A stretch of DNA of 64,000 nt. It comes from Pseudomonadota bacterium. Lineage in GTDB: Bacteria > Desulfobacterota > Desulfobacteria > Desulfobacterales > RPRI01. Within the stretch, counting starts at the first letter, position 1, and every line of letters starts with the position of its first letter. Shown here in pieces: positions 1 through 9,863 of this stretch. The stretch is from NCBI GenBank assembly GCA_018830925.1, contig JAHJRK010000203.1, positions 19,261 to 83,260 on the forward strand, given 5' to 3'. A model generated the notes under the pieces. The model searched no databases. It worked only from the letters and a program-made list of their open reading frames with translations, and was not told where the DNA came from. The position numbers and the translations under genes were made by a program.

Positions 1-506
1 CCCTGGCCGAGGACGTGAGAGTTTCCTACAATTCCGTGCGCAATTGGCTCGACGTCTTCGAGCGATTTTACCTGGTCTTCGGGATCACCACCTGGACGGA
101 AAAGATAGCTCGGGCTATTCAGAAAGAAAGAAAATTTTACCTGTGGGATTACCCGCGGATCAAGGACCCGGCGGTGCGTCTTGAAAATATGGCGGCGGCG
201 GAGCTGTGGCGGGCGGTAACACTATGGAATGATTTGGGCTATGGGCGTTTCAGCCTCCACTTCGTCAGAGACAAGGCCAATCGGGAAGTGGATTTCCTGA
301 TCGCCGACGACAATGAGCCTTTCTTGTTGATTGAGGTGAAACAGACCGAGACCGAACCGTCGAAGCCGCTTCTCTTTTTTCAGGAACGACTGGGGACTCC
401 GGCCGTTCAGCTTACCTCCGAAGGCACATCCTACTGGCTTTACGGCACAGGGTCACAGAAGGTTCTTGTAGCCCCTGCCGCCGCCTGGCTTTCTCAACTC
501 CCGTAA
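1..506 (+). CDS. 3' part of an AAA+ ATPase with DUF4143 / PD-(D/E)XK-like C-terminus (truncated by window edge)
   Basis: Open frame from the window start. Motifs 'KERKFYLWD', 'RLEN' and 'REVDFL...LIEVK' are typical of AAA_14/DUF4143 proteins. Confidence 0.75.
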   Translation, partial: LAEDVRVSYNSVRNWLDVFERFYLVFGITTWTEKIARAIQKERKFYLWDYPRIKDPAVRLENMAAAELWRAVTLWNDLGYGRFSLHFVRDKANREVDFLIADDNEPFLLIEVKQTETEPSKPLLFFQERLGTPAVQLTSEGTSYWLYGTGSQKVLVAPAAAWLSQLP

Positions 507-658
507 TGAAAGGCCATTGGTTGGAAGCTGTTGGGGGCGGGTGTGAGACTGCCCCTGGTTCTTCCTGGTCTTCAGGAAATCTATGTGAATACGGCGACAT
601 CAGGTTGGTGCGAACAAGGCAGAAGACCGGATAGCCTACAGCCTATCTCCCTGAGCAG

Positions 659-3085
659 TTAAAAATCTTTGAATTCTTCATCCCCCGTATGTGTGAGCTT
701 CTTGGGATTGACTTCCTTTGCTGCAAAAGCAGCAGCCTCTTTTTTCTTATGATGGGGTATTCTTGCAGCAGGTTTGCGTGTTTCCCTGACCCCTGACCCC
801 TTACCATTGGCATTGCCCCCGACAATAGCGACAAGTGCTTCCACAAAACCCTTCATCTCCTGCGCCTGGGCGTTCATCTCTTCGGAAGCGCTGGCAGATT
901 CCTCGGCATTGGCAGCATTCTGCTGAACTACCTTGTCCATTTCGCTCACAGCTTTGTTGACCTGGTCGATTCCCTGGGACTGTTCGTTGGATGCGGCGGC
1001 GATTTCACCGACAAGCTGGGCCACCTTGCTCGAACTCTCGGCCACTTTAACGAATGCTTCATTGGTTCTGGTAACCAGTGCCGATCCGTCTTTCACCTTC
1101 TTGACGGTTTCTTCGATCAGGTTGGCAGTGTTTTTGGCTGCATCGGCAGCCCTCATGGCAAGATTCCGGACTTCATCGGCAACAACCGCGAATCCGGCTC
1201 CGGCTTCCCCGGCCCTTGCAGCCTCAACCGCCGCGTTCAGTGCCAGCAGATTCGTCTGGAAAGCGATCTCGTCTATTGTTTTAATGATCTTGGCCGTTTC
1301 CTCGCTTGCATTGGAGATTTCCTTCATGGACTCTGTCAGGCTGACCATGGACTCATTGGCTGTTCCAACCATCTGCTTTGCTTCTTTCATGAGATTATCG
1401 GCCTGGGTTGCATTATCAGCGTTCTGCTTGGTCATGGAGGACATCTCTTCCAGAGCCGATGCTGTTTCCTCGATGCTCGCCGCCTGCTCGGATGCCCCTT
1501 CGGCTAGAGACTGGCTGGATGATGAAACCTGAGCCGAAGCCGAAGCTACCTGATCGGCCCCTTCCGTGAGCCCTTCCACCGCACAATTAATGGGTTTGGT
1601 GATTGATCTGCTTATCATTACAGCCATGAACAATGTGATAATGAAGATCAATCCTCCAATGATCATGACTGTTCGCATCATCCCTTTGGCTGCACTGTTA
1701 AGCGATGCGACAACGCTATCCTGATTTACACCGGCTTTCGAAACCTCCTTATTGCTTTCTTCCATGTGTTTGGCGGTAATGCTGCGCATTTGCCTGTTCA
1801 GGGTCTCCAGCTCTTCGGCATTACTGATTGATGCCTTCACTATTTCCGAAACTCCCCCTTTGCCGGAGAATGCATTTTGGACTGTGGATACCGCGCTCAT
1901 ATAGGCATTGATTATTTGCAGTTCATGGGCAAGTTTACTATCTTTTTTGAGTAAGCCCCGCAAATTCTGACCGACATTGTTTGCTTCTTTGAAGAGGGCC
2001 CCTATGCTGGAGATATAATGATTGAAATCGCTCATATTCTTTGCATAAGCGCAATTATTGATCTGCGTCACAAGGGATGCGTTCAGCAAAGACAATCCGG
2101 ATACCAACGATAAAATATTATTGGTGTTTCTGAACTCGTCGATATTATTTCCCATCGCCACAGTGTTCGTCTTTAATTCGTTATTCGCATTATTTATTTC
2201 CTTTTCTATTGTCGGCAGGATATACGATAGTGCGTACCCCGCTTCCTTTGCCATGACCTCTACTTTCTCTTTCAGCGCCTCCTCCTCATCACTGATGTAT
2301 TTGAGCTGCAGAAATGCTATCCCTCCGCTCGCGGTCACCTTTTCATTCAATGCCGCAAGTTTTTGCACGATTTCATTTGCGGTCTTATCCATGCCCTTCA
2401 GATTCTTAAGCGCCTGAGTCGCCACCTTGGTGGCGCCGGCAAAATTATCCCTGAGTCCTGCTACCGAACGTTTATCATTGGTCACAGGGATTTTTGAGAT
2501 GAACAAGTTCATGTCTTTCAAACCATCTCTGACCGTGATCAGGTTATTTAACTGCTGGTTAGAGGTTGTGAGATTATTTACACCCGTTAAAAGTGTGCCT
2601 GAGCCCTTTTTTTGAAGGCTCCCAACGAATTCATCGATCTTTTTGGACACATCCGACAACCTTTCCCGGATGGATTTTGAAGCGGTAAGCACTGCTCCCT
2701 GCGCAATTATTTTACGTTCGCTGATATCCAGGACATCCTTTGTTACTTTAGAAATTGCCTTGTCCTCCGAATAACGTTCACCCTTCAATGTCGCCATTTC
2801 CTCCGCGGCCTTAATAACGTTTCTGAGCGATTCATGAACGGCCGGGGCCATTTTTTTAAGCTCGTCCTGTGTTCCGGACGAGGAAAAGTTCACAAGGTTT
2901 GTCGCATGCACCTGAAGTTCTCTCTGCTGATGCAACGCCTTTAATTGGTAAGGGGAGGTTTTTTGTGTAAGTTCATTAATGTTCCGGTTTACAATCCTCA
3001 CATTAATCAGGACGGAAACAAGAATAATAGATATGGCTGTTAAAATCACCCCAGCATTTAATGAGAGTTTTGCTTTTATTGACAT
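659..3085 (-). CDS. Methyl-accepting chemotaxis protein with large helical sensor region and C-terminal pentapeptide EFKDF
   Basis: Two TM segments and signalling hairpin '[34 protein letters not shown]'. RBS AGGAGG precedes ATG 3085. Confidence 0.93.
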   Translation of the reverse strand: MSIKAKLSLNAGVILTAISIILVSVLINVRIVNRNINELTQKTSPYQLKALHQQRELQVHATNLVNFSSSGTQDELKKMAPAVHESLRNVIKAAEEMATLKGERYSEDKAISKVTKDVLDISERKIIAQGAVLTASKSIRERLSDVSKKIDEFVGSLQKKGSGTLLTGVNNLTTSNQQLNNLITVRDGLKDMNLFISKIPVTNDKRSVAGLRDNFAGATKVATQALKNLKGMDKTANEIVQKLAALNEKVTASGGIAFLQLKYISDEEEALKEKVEVMAKEAGYALSYILPTIEKEINNANNELKTNTVAMGNNIDEFRNTNNILSLVSGLSLLNASLVTQINNCAYAKNMSDFNHYISSIGALFKEANNVGQNLRGLLKKDSKLAHELQIINAYMSAVSTVQNAFSGKGGVSEIVKASISNAEELETLNRQMRSITAKHMEESNKEVSKAGVNQDSVVASLNSAAKGMMRTVMIIGGLIFIITLFMAVMISRSITKPINCAVEGLTEGADQVASASAQVSSSSQSLAEGASEQAASIEETASALEEMSSMTKQNADNATQADNLMKEAKQMVGTANESMVSLTESMKEISNASEETAKIIKTIDEIAFQTNLLALNAAVEAARAGEAGAGFAVVADEVRNLAMRAADAAKNTANLIEETVKKVKDGSALVTRTNEAFVKVAESSSKVAQLVGEIAAASNEQSQGIDQVNKAVSEMDKVVQQNAANAEESASASEEMNAQAQEMKGFVEALVAIVGGNANGKGSGVRETRKPAARIPHHKKKEAAAFAAKEVNPKKLTHTGDEEFKDF

Positions 3086-3147
3086 TAGAACCTCCTCCCT
3101 TTCCAATTAACAAAGAATCCAAAAGGGCTTGTAAACTTAAGATGTTG

Positions 3148-4425
3148 TTATTCTTCAAGAGTGAGCGGTGCGCCGACTTTTGTCCTCACGGCTTTCCAGT
3201 CTGCAGACGTAATTGCGGCATCCTCACCTTTCATTTTGCTGAGGATTTCATAAAAGTCGAGCTGGTATTTATCTTTTTTGACTTCAGCCGCCGGTTTACA
3301 CTTTACGGCATAAACTGTCTGAACAGACTGATGATCCCAGTCCCTCCAATATTGTTCATCCTTCAAACCAATATATTTATGTCCTTCCAGCGCCTTGATC
3401 AACGCCGGGGTATCGAAGGTCTTGGCCCGTTCCACCGCTTCTTTAAACTGATACATGATGACGTAAGCGGATGCGCCTGAAGTGGAAGGATACCGCTTGT
3501 ATGCTGCTTCAAATTTATTTACAAAAGCGATTCCATTCGCTTGATTCAGCTCAGAAGGCAACCGCCAGTACCAGGGAGTTGCACTGATGACTCCTTCCAT
3601 TGCCTCAGGGCTGGCGCCCTCAGCCATATCAATCGTCATATTCGGAACGACGATCTGCATCTTGCTTTTTAACCCCATCTCGTATGCCTGTTTTACGGCG
3701 ATCTCCATATCCTTTCCAAACAATACGAGGACAAGGACGCCAGGGTCTGCCTCTTTCGCAAGACTCAGAACATTCTTAAAATCGGCTGTTCCTAATTTCG
3801 TGAGAATCCCCTTATGCCTGTCTTTGTCAACGGTATTCGTATAACGTCTGAATACATCCTCAGTTGTCCAGCCCCAGGTATAATCTGCGGTGATATAAAA
3901 ATATTTTTTCCCATCAAAATACTTTGTAAGATAATCCGACAGCGCTCTGGCTGCCATTCCCGAGTCGTAACATTCCCTGAATATATACTTGTGCCCCTCT
4001 TCGCCGGTTGTTTCGGTGGAATAGGTTAAAGTCCCAAAAAAGAGTTTCTTCTTTTCTTTTGCGACTTTTCCTGATGCGATCGCAACGCCGCTGGAAGAGC
4101 CGCCAAACATCATCTGGACGCCTTCTTTATCATAAAGCTCGATGGCATTCTCTTTGGCAATTTTTGCATTGCTTTTGGTGTCCCTGTAAACCAGCTGAAT
4201 CTTTTTCCCCAATATTCCTCCTGCCGCGTTGATCTCTTCCATGGCAAGTTCTGCGGCGCGGCGCTGATCCAACCCCTGCTTTGAATATGGGCCTGTCTCC
4301 GGATAATTCAGACCGATCTTCACCACTTCATCAGCCGATATGGCCGGTTGAAGACCAAACAGACAAAAACACATAAGACTTAACATAGCGATAATACAGG
4401 TTAAAGATGTTTTTCTTTTTTTCAT
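3148..4425 (-). CDS. Periplasmic solute-binding protein, LivJ/branched-chain amino acid type, with no adjacent permease
   Basis: Signal peptide plus 'VKIGLNYPETGPYS...EEINAAGGILGKKI' and 'ADYTWG'. ATG 4425 follows AGGGGG. Confidence 0.88.
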   Translation of the reverse strand: MKKRKTSLTCIIAMLSLMCFCLFGLQPAISADEVVKIGLNYPETGPYSKQGLDQRRAAELAMEEINAAGGILGKKIQLVYRDTKSNAKIAKENAIELYDKEGVQMMFGGSSSGVAIASGKVAKEKKKLFFGTLTYSTETTGEEGHKYIFRECYDSGMAARALSDYLTKYFDGKKYFYITADYTWGWTTEDVFRRYTNTVDKDRHKGILTKLGTADFKNVLSLAKEADPGVLVLVLFGKDMEIAVKQAYEMGLKSKMQIVVPNMTIDMAEGASPEAMEGVISATPWYWRLPSELNQANGIAFVNKFEAAYKRYPSTSGASAYVIMYQFKEAVERAKTFDTPALIKALEGHKYIGLKDEQYWRDWDHQSVQTVYAVKCKPAAEVKKDKYQLDFYEILSKMKGEDAAITSADWKAVRTKVGAPLTLEE

Positions 4426-4494
4426 GGACAACCCCCTTGGATTTGATGGTTTGAATTTATGTAACATAACAGCCTCTCGTTCTTATTATTCTTA

Positions 4495-4523
4495 TTATCG
4501 GTATGAAATCAAAAAAACTTTAG
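4495..4523 (-). promoter_or_regulatory. Sigma28 (FliA) promoter for the SBP-MCP operon
   Basis: CTAAAG-N15-ACCGATAA on the minus strand. Confidence 0.75.
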
Positions 4524-4535
4524 TTAACGCGCTTA

Positions 4536-4616
4536 CACCCCTCAAGGGAGTACTGGAAAGAGCACCCCTCAAGGGAGTACTGGAAAGAGCACCCCTCAAG
4601 GGGGTACTGAAATGAG
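4536..4616. repeat. Tandem repeat, 3 x 27 bp (CACCCCTCAAGGGAGTACTGGAAAGAG)
   Basis: Two identical copies and one variant, with no spacers. A fourth, inverted copy lies at 12897-12923. Confidence 0.95.
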
Positions 4617-4636
4617 TCCCGCTTATTCTGCAATGT

Positions 4637-4653
4637 TGCAAATTGGGTGCCAG
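4637..4653 (-). promoter_or_regulatory. Sigma54 -24/-12 promoter upstream of SBP-MCP
   Basis: CTGGCACCCAATTTGCA (GG-N10-GC) on the minus strand. Confidence 0.65.
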
Positions 4654-4965
4654 GGGTTCCGCCAAAGTGATTGGCGGACCTTCGGCGGGGGGCAGGAGTC
4701 GGAGGTCAGTGGTCGGGGGTCAGTTGTCAGGGGTTCCGCCATGGTGATTGGCGGACCTTCGGCGGGGGTCGTGAGGCGGAGGGGGGGACTTGAGCTGAAA
4801 CAGCGAGCGAAATAAAAATTGACCTTATTCCCTACGGTCGAAGATTCCCCGTAGCTTGCTGCGATGAGCTTGAATAAATTGACGCTGACGTCAACAACTT
4901 GACGTTTATGTCAATGGGAGCAGGGATTTCCGCCAACCAGTATGGAGGACGGACCTTCGGCGGGA
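4653..4965. repeat. Three REP-like palindromes TTCCGCCA-N3-TGATTGGCGGACCTTCGGCGGG
   Basis: Copies at ~4653-4692, ~4731-4768 and a degenerate one at ~4923-4965. Relatives lie at 7523-7560, 56235-56255 and 62377-62390. Confidence 0.8.
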
Positions 4966-5113
4966 GGCGGAAGGTTTTTTCATTCTGACTCCTGAACCGA
5001 AACAGCGAGCGCATTCCCCGCTGCTTGCGGCGGGGTTAGCGAGCAAATTAAAAACGGATTATATTCCTTACGGTCGAAGATTCCCCGCCCGCTCTGCGGC
5101 GGGGAGCTTCAAT
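4798..5113. mobile_element. Two copies of a GC-rich double-hairpin miniature element (IS200/IS605-end or REP-like), with no transposase
   Basis: 4798-4875 and 4999-5113 share AAACAGCGAGC...TACGGTCGAAGATTCCCCG...GAGCTT(C/G)AAT. The first copy lacks the CCCCGCTGC-TT-GCGGCGGGG hairpin that lies between two AGCGAGC repeats. Confidence 0.6.
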
Positions 5114-5141
5114 TCCGGCTCCTGGCTCCGAAGTAGTTATA

Positions 5142-5900
5142 TTATTCTTTCCTGTAGATACTCGGCTGGATATACTTGAAAGGATGGTCAATGGTATTAA
5201 GGCTTTCGGCGCCGCCGATAATAAAATAGCCGGACGGTTTCAATGCGCCGCACAGTTTGTTTGTTATTTGTGCCCTTGTGACGTTATCAAAGTATATAAA
5301 TACGTTTCTGCAAAAAATAACGTCAAATTCCCGGGATGGTATCGGATCGACGAGCAGGTTATATCGCTGAAAGGTAACCATTTGCTTTATTTCTTTTTTT
5401 AGACGGACATGGTTATCCCATTTGTCCGAACCTTTCTGGAAATATTTCTTAAGCATGTGAGGAGGCAGGCTCTTTGTTTTTTCAATGGAATAGATGCCGT
5501 TTTGTCCGATTTCCAGCATTCTGGTCGATATGTCCGATGCCAGTATGGTCGGCCTGAATCCTTTTTCAAGACAGTAGATTGCGACGGAATAAGGTTCTTC
5601 ACCGCTTGATGAGGCGGCGGACCATATCTTTAAGTGGTCTGTCCTGAGATGTTCGAAATGATGACTTTCTCTGAAGAAATATGTGTGATTGGTGGATATG
5701 GCATCCAGAAAGTTCATCAGTTCCAGTGCGTCGTTTTCAAGAACTTTTAAATATTCGGCGATGGAGTCAATTCCTGTTGAGCGCAGCCGCTTTGAAAGGC
5801 GCGCCTGCAGAAGCTGCTGTTTGCCGTCATGAAGGTTAATTCCACACTCACTATATACCAGTTCGCAGAATTTCTTGAACTGTCCGGAAGTCATGTTCAT
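5142..5900 (-). CDS. cheR: Chemotaxis methyltransferase CheR
   Basis: 'ISTNHTYFFRE', 'IWSAASSSGEEPYS' and 'FDVIFCRNVFIYF'. Confidence 0.96.
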   Translation of the reverse strand: MNMTSGQFKKFCELVYSECGINLHDGKQQLLQARLSKRLRSTGIDSIAEYLKVLENDALELMNFLDAISTNHTYFFRESHHFEHLRTDHLKIWSAASSSGEEPYSVAIYCLEKGFRPTILASDISTRMLEIGQNGIYSIEKTKSLPPHMLKKYFQKGSDKWDNHVRLKKEIKQMVTFQRYNLLVDPIPSREFDVIFCRNVFIYFDNVTRAQITNKLCGALKPSGYFIIGGAESLNTIDHPFKYIQPSIYRKE

Positions 5901-5947
5901 TTTTTTGTTACCTTATCGTTTATCCTATCATTCACAAAGAGACTTAA

Positions 5948-5964
5948 AGCAATGTTTGTACCAT
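5948..5964 (-). promoter_or_regulatory. Sigma54 promoter of cheR
   Basis: ATGGTACAAACATTGCT (GG-N10-GC) on the minus strand, about 50 nt upstream of the start. Confidence 0.7.
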
Positions 5965-6164
5965 TAGCCGCATCCGACTTGAGCGGATTCGTGACCTTCG
6001 TTGCGAAAATTCAGAGCTTTTGCTGGCCCCATCAATTCTGACAGGGAAAAACCGGGACGGCAAAGAATCACATGGGAAATTATTTCCTGTTTTCCGGTAT
6101 AAAATAGGTTTGACTAAAGAAATGGCGCAGATGTCAAATAAATGACGTTTACGTTAACAGGAAC

Positions 6165-6331
6165 AGAGGCCAGGGGTCAGGGGACAGGTTTACTGAACAA
6201 GATGAACGTATCATTTGAAAAGACGAACGTCGAACATCGAATGTGGAATAGGAAACAGGATTACTGAAGAAAATGAATGTTCATCTTTCAAAACACTCCT
6301 GGCCACTGATCCCTGTTCCATGACCACTGTT
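6165..6331. repeat. Degenerate inverted heptamer-type array (CAGGGGT/GGTCAG...CTGACC-like) with inner TCGAACA repeats
   Basis: The left arm aacagaggccaggggtcaggggacagg is loosely complementary to the right arm cctggccactgatccctgttccatgaccactgtt. Confidence 0.55.
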
Positions 6332-6333
6332 CT

Positions 6334-6350
6334 TTGGTACAATGTTTGCA
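6334..6350 (+). promoter_or_regulatory. Sigma54 promoter of the PilZ-che operon
   Basis: TTGGTACAATGTTTGCA (GG-N10-GC). Confidence 0.7.
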
Positions 6351-6419
6351 CTCATTATTTGCGGTTATTTTCCTGTCGGGTGTAACAAATCAATTATCGG
6401 AAGGGAAGAGGAGGTGCAG

Positions 6420-7013
6420 ATGATTTCGAACGAAAGTGAATTGCGTTCGGACGTGAGGGGAGATTTTTCATATACCGTTGAATATGAAATTATCACTCCC
6501 GAAGAATTTCATTCAATCAGAGAAAAGACTTTTCGACCGCTGAACCCTGATATGGAAAAACTAAAGATTGGCCGGGCACGATCCGATAACGATAATATGG
6601 ATGCAGGTTTTGTAATCAACGACAATATGGCGGAATTTTTTGTCAGAATGGATGAAAAATTGGACCGCATCTTGTTAATGTTATCAAAAAACGAGGTATT
6701 TTCAGGATGTTCGGGTCAAGGAACAGGTAATAATATCAGTGCGTCAGGAATGAATATCTGTATAGACAGACCGGTTAAGCAAGGTCAGATCGTTCATGCT
6801 AATATAGTCCTTTCTAAATTACCTTTCTTCTGTATAGACGTTTATGGCGAAATAATTCGTATTGACGCATTAAAGGAAAAAGACGCGCCCTTATGTCAGG
6901 TCGGGATAAAATTTCTAAACCTTGATGAAATCGGAAGGGAAAAAATTGTCGCTTATATTTTTCAGCAGCAGAGAGAGGCCATTCGAAAAAGTAAAAATGC
7001 GGCAGATCAATAG
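6420..7013 (+). CDS. PilZ-domain c-di-GMP-binding protein
   Basis: RxxxR (RSDVR), NxSxxG (NISASG) and C-terminal 'VGIKF...REKIVAYIFQQQRE'. RBS GAGGAGG precedes ATG 6420. Confidence 0.85.
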   Translation: MISNESELRSDVRGDFSYTVEYEIITPEEFHSIREKTFRPLNPDMEKLKIGRARSDNDNMDAGFVINDNMAEFFVRMDEKLDRILLMLSKNEVFSGCSGQGTGNNISASGMNICIDRPVKQGQIVHANIVLSKLPFFCIDVYGEIIRIDALKEKDAPLCQVGIKFLNLDEIGREKIVAYIFQQQREAIRKSKNAADQ

Positions 7014-7019
7014 CGATAA

Positions 7020-7146
7020 AGGCTATAGGTGGACAGGCCGAAGGCTGAAGGTGAAAGCTAAAAGCCTAACAGCCTGCAAACTAAAAGCCTACAGCCTAAC
7101 AACCTATCTATCTGCGGATATCGGCGAAAATCCGCGGCTTAATTAA
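7020..7146. repeat. Inverted AGGCTGW/ACAGCCT heptamer array followed by the right end of the 49019/59082-type element
   Basis: aggctatagg...aggctgaagg pairs with agcctaacagcct...agcctacagcctaac, followed by tatctgcggatatcggcgaaaatccgcgg. Confidence 0.85.
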
Positions 7147-7159
7147 TTAAAGGGCAGAA

Positions 7160-9364
7160 TTGATGACATCGATATTGGAAGAACTTAATCTGGAAATTGA
7201 GAACCTGTCTCTTGAAACCGTGATGCTTGATGCAGATGATATCTCAGGTCTTGGAAAAGCCATAAAATCAATCGAGTCTATCCTGGAACTGTCGAAACCA
7301 TTAAAAGAGAGTGCTCTGACTTCGATCACGGAAGCTATGAAACAGTATGTTGAAGAAGCTATTTTAGGAGAAAGGAAGGATTTGGGGCCTTTTGAAAGAG
7401 GCATCTCCACGTTACAGGAAATGGTCAGGGATATTGCCAAAGGAAAAAAAATTAATGGGGATACCGCTGCTCTGATTGCCAACCCGGACAGTAACCCATC
7501 AGATTCGTCTGAATCGACCGAAGATTCCGCCACACTGATTGGCGGACCTTCGGCAGGGGCCGGGGATTCCGCAACGAAAATGAGCCAGGAGGACAGGGAA
7601 ATTATTTCCGACTTTGTTGCCGAGTCCCTTGAGAACCTGGGGACGATTGAAGTCCGGCTTATTGATCTTGAGCAGGACCCCACGGATATCGAAACGATCA
7701 ATGCCATATTCAGACCTTTCCATACCGTTAAAGGCGTTTCAGGCTTTCTCAATTTTAACAAGATCAATAAATTCGCTCATATAGTGGAAAATTTACTGGA
7801 TAAGGCCCGAAACGGCGAATTGCGTATCGACGGTGAAATAGTTGATGTTATTTTAGAAAGTGTCGACCTGTTGAAGGGAATGATCGGAAGCGTCCGGGAC
7901 TCGCTCGATACCGGCAAACCTTTTGAGGGTGATGAGGATATCAGTCAGATCAAGTTGAAAATAGAGCAACTTATTTCCTCACCGGTTCAGGGAGAGGGTA
8001 AAAGACTATTAGGGGAAATGCTGGTTGCAAGTGGAACGGTAACCGATGCGGATATAAAAGAGGCACTCGATGTCCAGCAAAAGGAGCCCGATAAGAAAAT
8101 AGGCGAGATACTTGTTGAGCAGGAAAAAATAAAAACGAAGGCTGTCGTTTCCACTCTAAGAGAGCAGAAACGGACCGACAGCACCGTTGATATGCTTCAG
8201 GTGAAGGTGGACACCACAAAGCTGGATAGTATCGTTGACATGGTCGGTGAACTGGCGATTGCCCAGTCAATGCTCAGGCAGCATGAAGTGGTTGTAAACA
8301 GCAAAGACAGAAAGCTGGATCAGATAACCAACCAGTTAAATCTTATTACATCCGGCCTGCAAAATATTGCCATGTCCATGAGGATGGTGCCGATAAAAAA
8401 CACCTTTCAAAAGATGCTGCGGCTTGTGCGTGACCTTGCCAAGAAAGCGGACAAGGATATACAGCTTGTCATGTCCGGTGAAGATACCGAGATAGACAGA
8501 AATATAATGGAAGAAATTTATGAGCCGATGGTTCATATGATTCGAAACTCGGTAGACCACGGTCTCGAACTTCCGGATGAAAGAGAGGCTAAAAACAAAC
8601 CGCGACAGGGGACCATTCATTTAAAAGCATATCACAGGGGTGGCAATATCGTTATCGAAATAATGGATGACGGCCGTGGATTGAACAGGGAAAAAATCCT
8701 GAAGAAGGCGGTCTCCACCGGCCTGATCAAGCAGGAAGATAAATTATCGGATGCCGAAATCGACAACCTGATTTTTCATCCCGGTTTTTCGACCGCTGAA
8801 AAGGTAACGGACATATCCGGAAGAGGCGTCGGGACGGATGTTGTAAAAAGCAAAATTGAAAAGTTAAGAGGAAGGGTCGAGGTGCGGTCTGTTACGGGTA
8901 AAGGGTCTACATTTTTCATGCGGCTGCCGCTTACCCTGGCAATCGTGGATGGAATGATAGTTAAAGTGGCGAACGAAAGATATATCATTCCCACATTGAA
9001 TATTCAGGAATCCTTCAGGCCAAAGGAAGATGAATATTTTACCGTAAAGGGTGAAGGTGAAATGATCAGGGTCAGGAACACCCTGATCCCCCTGGTACGT
9101 CTTGAACGGCTTTTCGGGTTAAACGGGTGCGGTTCTTCGGATCAAACCAGGGTCGCGCCGTGGGAAAAACTGGTCGTGGTTGTTGAAAACCAGGAAAAGA
9201 AAATATGCCTGCTTGTGGATGAGCTGATCGGCCAGGAGGAAATCGTCATTAAAAGTCTGGGTGGATGGCTTAAAGGGATCAAGGGTGTGGCCGGTTCGGT
9301 GATAATGGGAGATGGCAGGGTCGGACTCATCCTTGATATAGGAAGCATATTTCAGATGGTATGA
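7160..9364 (+). CDS. cheA: Chemotaxis histidine kinase CheA, with an extra N-terminal helical region and an MshEN-like motif in place of P2
   Basis: Hpt 'IFRPFHTVKG', 'HMIRNSVDHG', 'PGFSTAEKVTDISGRGVG' and a C-terminal CheW-like domain. Confidence 0.97.
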   Translation: MMTSILEELNLEIENLSLETVMLDADDISGLGKAIKSIESILELSKPLKESALTSITEAMKQYVEEAILGERKDLGPFERGISTLQEMVRDIAKGKKINGDTAALIANPDSNPSDSSESTEDSATLIGGPSAGAGDSATKMSQEDREIISDFVAESLENLGTIEVRLIDLEQDPTDIETINAIFRPFHTVKGVSGFLNFNKINKFAHIVENLLDKARNGELRIDGEIVDVILESVDLLKGMIGSVRDSLDTGKPFEGDEDISQIKLKIEQLISSPVQGEGKRLLGEMLVASGTVTDADIKEALDVQQKEPDKKIGEILVEQEKIKTKAVVSTLREQKRTDSTVDMLQVKVDTTKLDSIVDMVGELAIAQSMLRQHEVVVNSKDRKLDQITNQLNLITSGLQNIAMSMRMVPIKNTFQKMLRLVRDLAKKADKDIQLVMSGEDTEIDRNIMEEIYEPMVHMIRNSVDHGLELPDEREAKNKPRQGTIHLKAYHRGGNIVIEIMDDGRGLNREKILKKAVSTGLIKQEDKLSDAEIDNLIFHPGFSTAEKVTDISGRGVGTDVVKSKIEKLRGRVEVRSVTGKGSTFFMRLPLTLAIVDGMIVKVANERYIIPTLNIQESFRPKEDEYFTVKGEGEMIRVRNTLIPLVRLERLFGLNGCGSSDQTRVAPWEKLVVVVENQEKKICLLVDELIGQEEIVIKSLGGWLKGIKGVAGSVIMGDGRVGLILDIGSIFQMV

Positions 9365-9374
9365 GGGAATCATA

Positions 9375-9863
9375 ATGGATCTTGTAGTCGGTGTCGGAGA
9401 CATGAAAGTAAGCAATAACCCGGAAGCGGTTATAATAACATATGCCCTTGGGTCCTGTATCGGAGTGGCGATTTACGATCCGTTTGTAAAAGTGGGCGGA
9501 GTACTTCATTACATGCTGCCGGAATCGAGCCTTGATCCGGTTAAAGCCGGAAATAATCCTTTCATGTTCGGAGACACCGGCATACCGCTTCTTTTTAAAG
9601 AGAGCTACAAGTTGGGCGCCGTGAAAAACCGCCTTAAGGTCATTGTCCTTGGCGGGGCACAGATCCTCGACCAGGGCGGGCTGTTTAATATCGGTAACCG
9701 CAACCACACCGTACTCAGGAAAATGTTCTGGAAAAATAACATAACGACTGATTTTGAAGATGTTGGAGGAACTGTAAACCGGACATTAAAGCTTGGAATA
9801 AAAGAGGGCGAAGCCATTATGAGGATATCCGGCAATGAATTGAGAAAAATAAAATGGATATAG
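9375..9863 (+). CDS. cheD: Chemoreceptor glutamine deamidase CheD
   Basis: 'ITYALGSCIGVAIYD...GGVLHYMLP' and 'EDVGG'. Confidence 0.95.
   Translation: MDLVVGVGDMKVSNNPEAVIITYALGSCIGVAIYDPFVKVGGVLHYMLPESSLDPVKAGNNPFMFGDTGIPLLFKESYKLGAVKNRLKVIVLGGAQILDQGGLFNIGNRNHTVLRKMFWKNNITTDFEDVGGTVNRTLKLGIKEGEAIMRISGNELRKIKWI

Noticed and set aside
4536-4616. 27-bp palindromic repeats as a CRISPR array
   Set aside because: The units are head-to-tail with no spacers, and there are no cas genes in the window.
4650-4975. TGGCGGA / GGCGGAAG as a duplicated selC 3' end (attL)
   Set aside because: The matches are only 7-8 nt and are explained by the REP-like palindromes.
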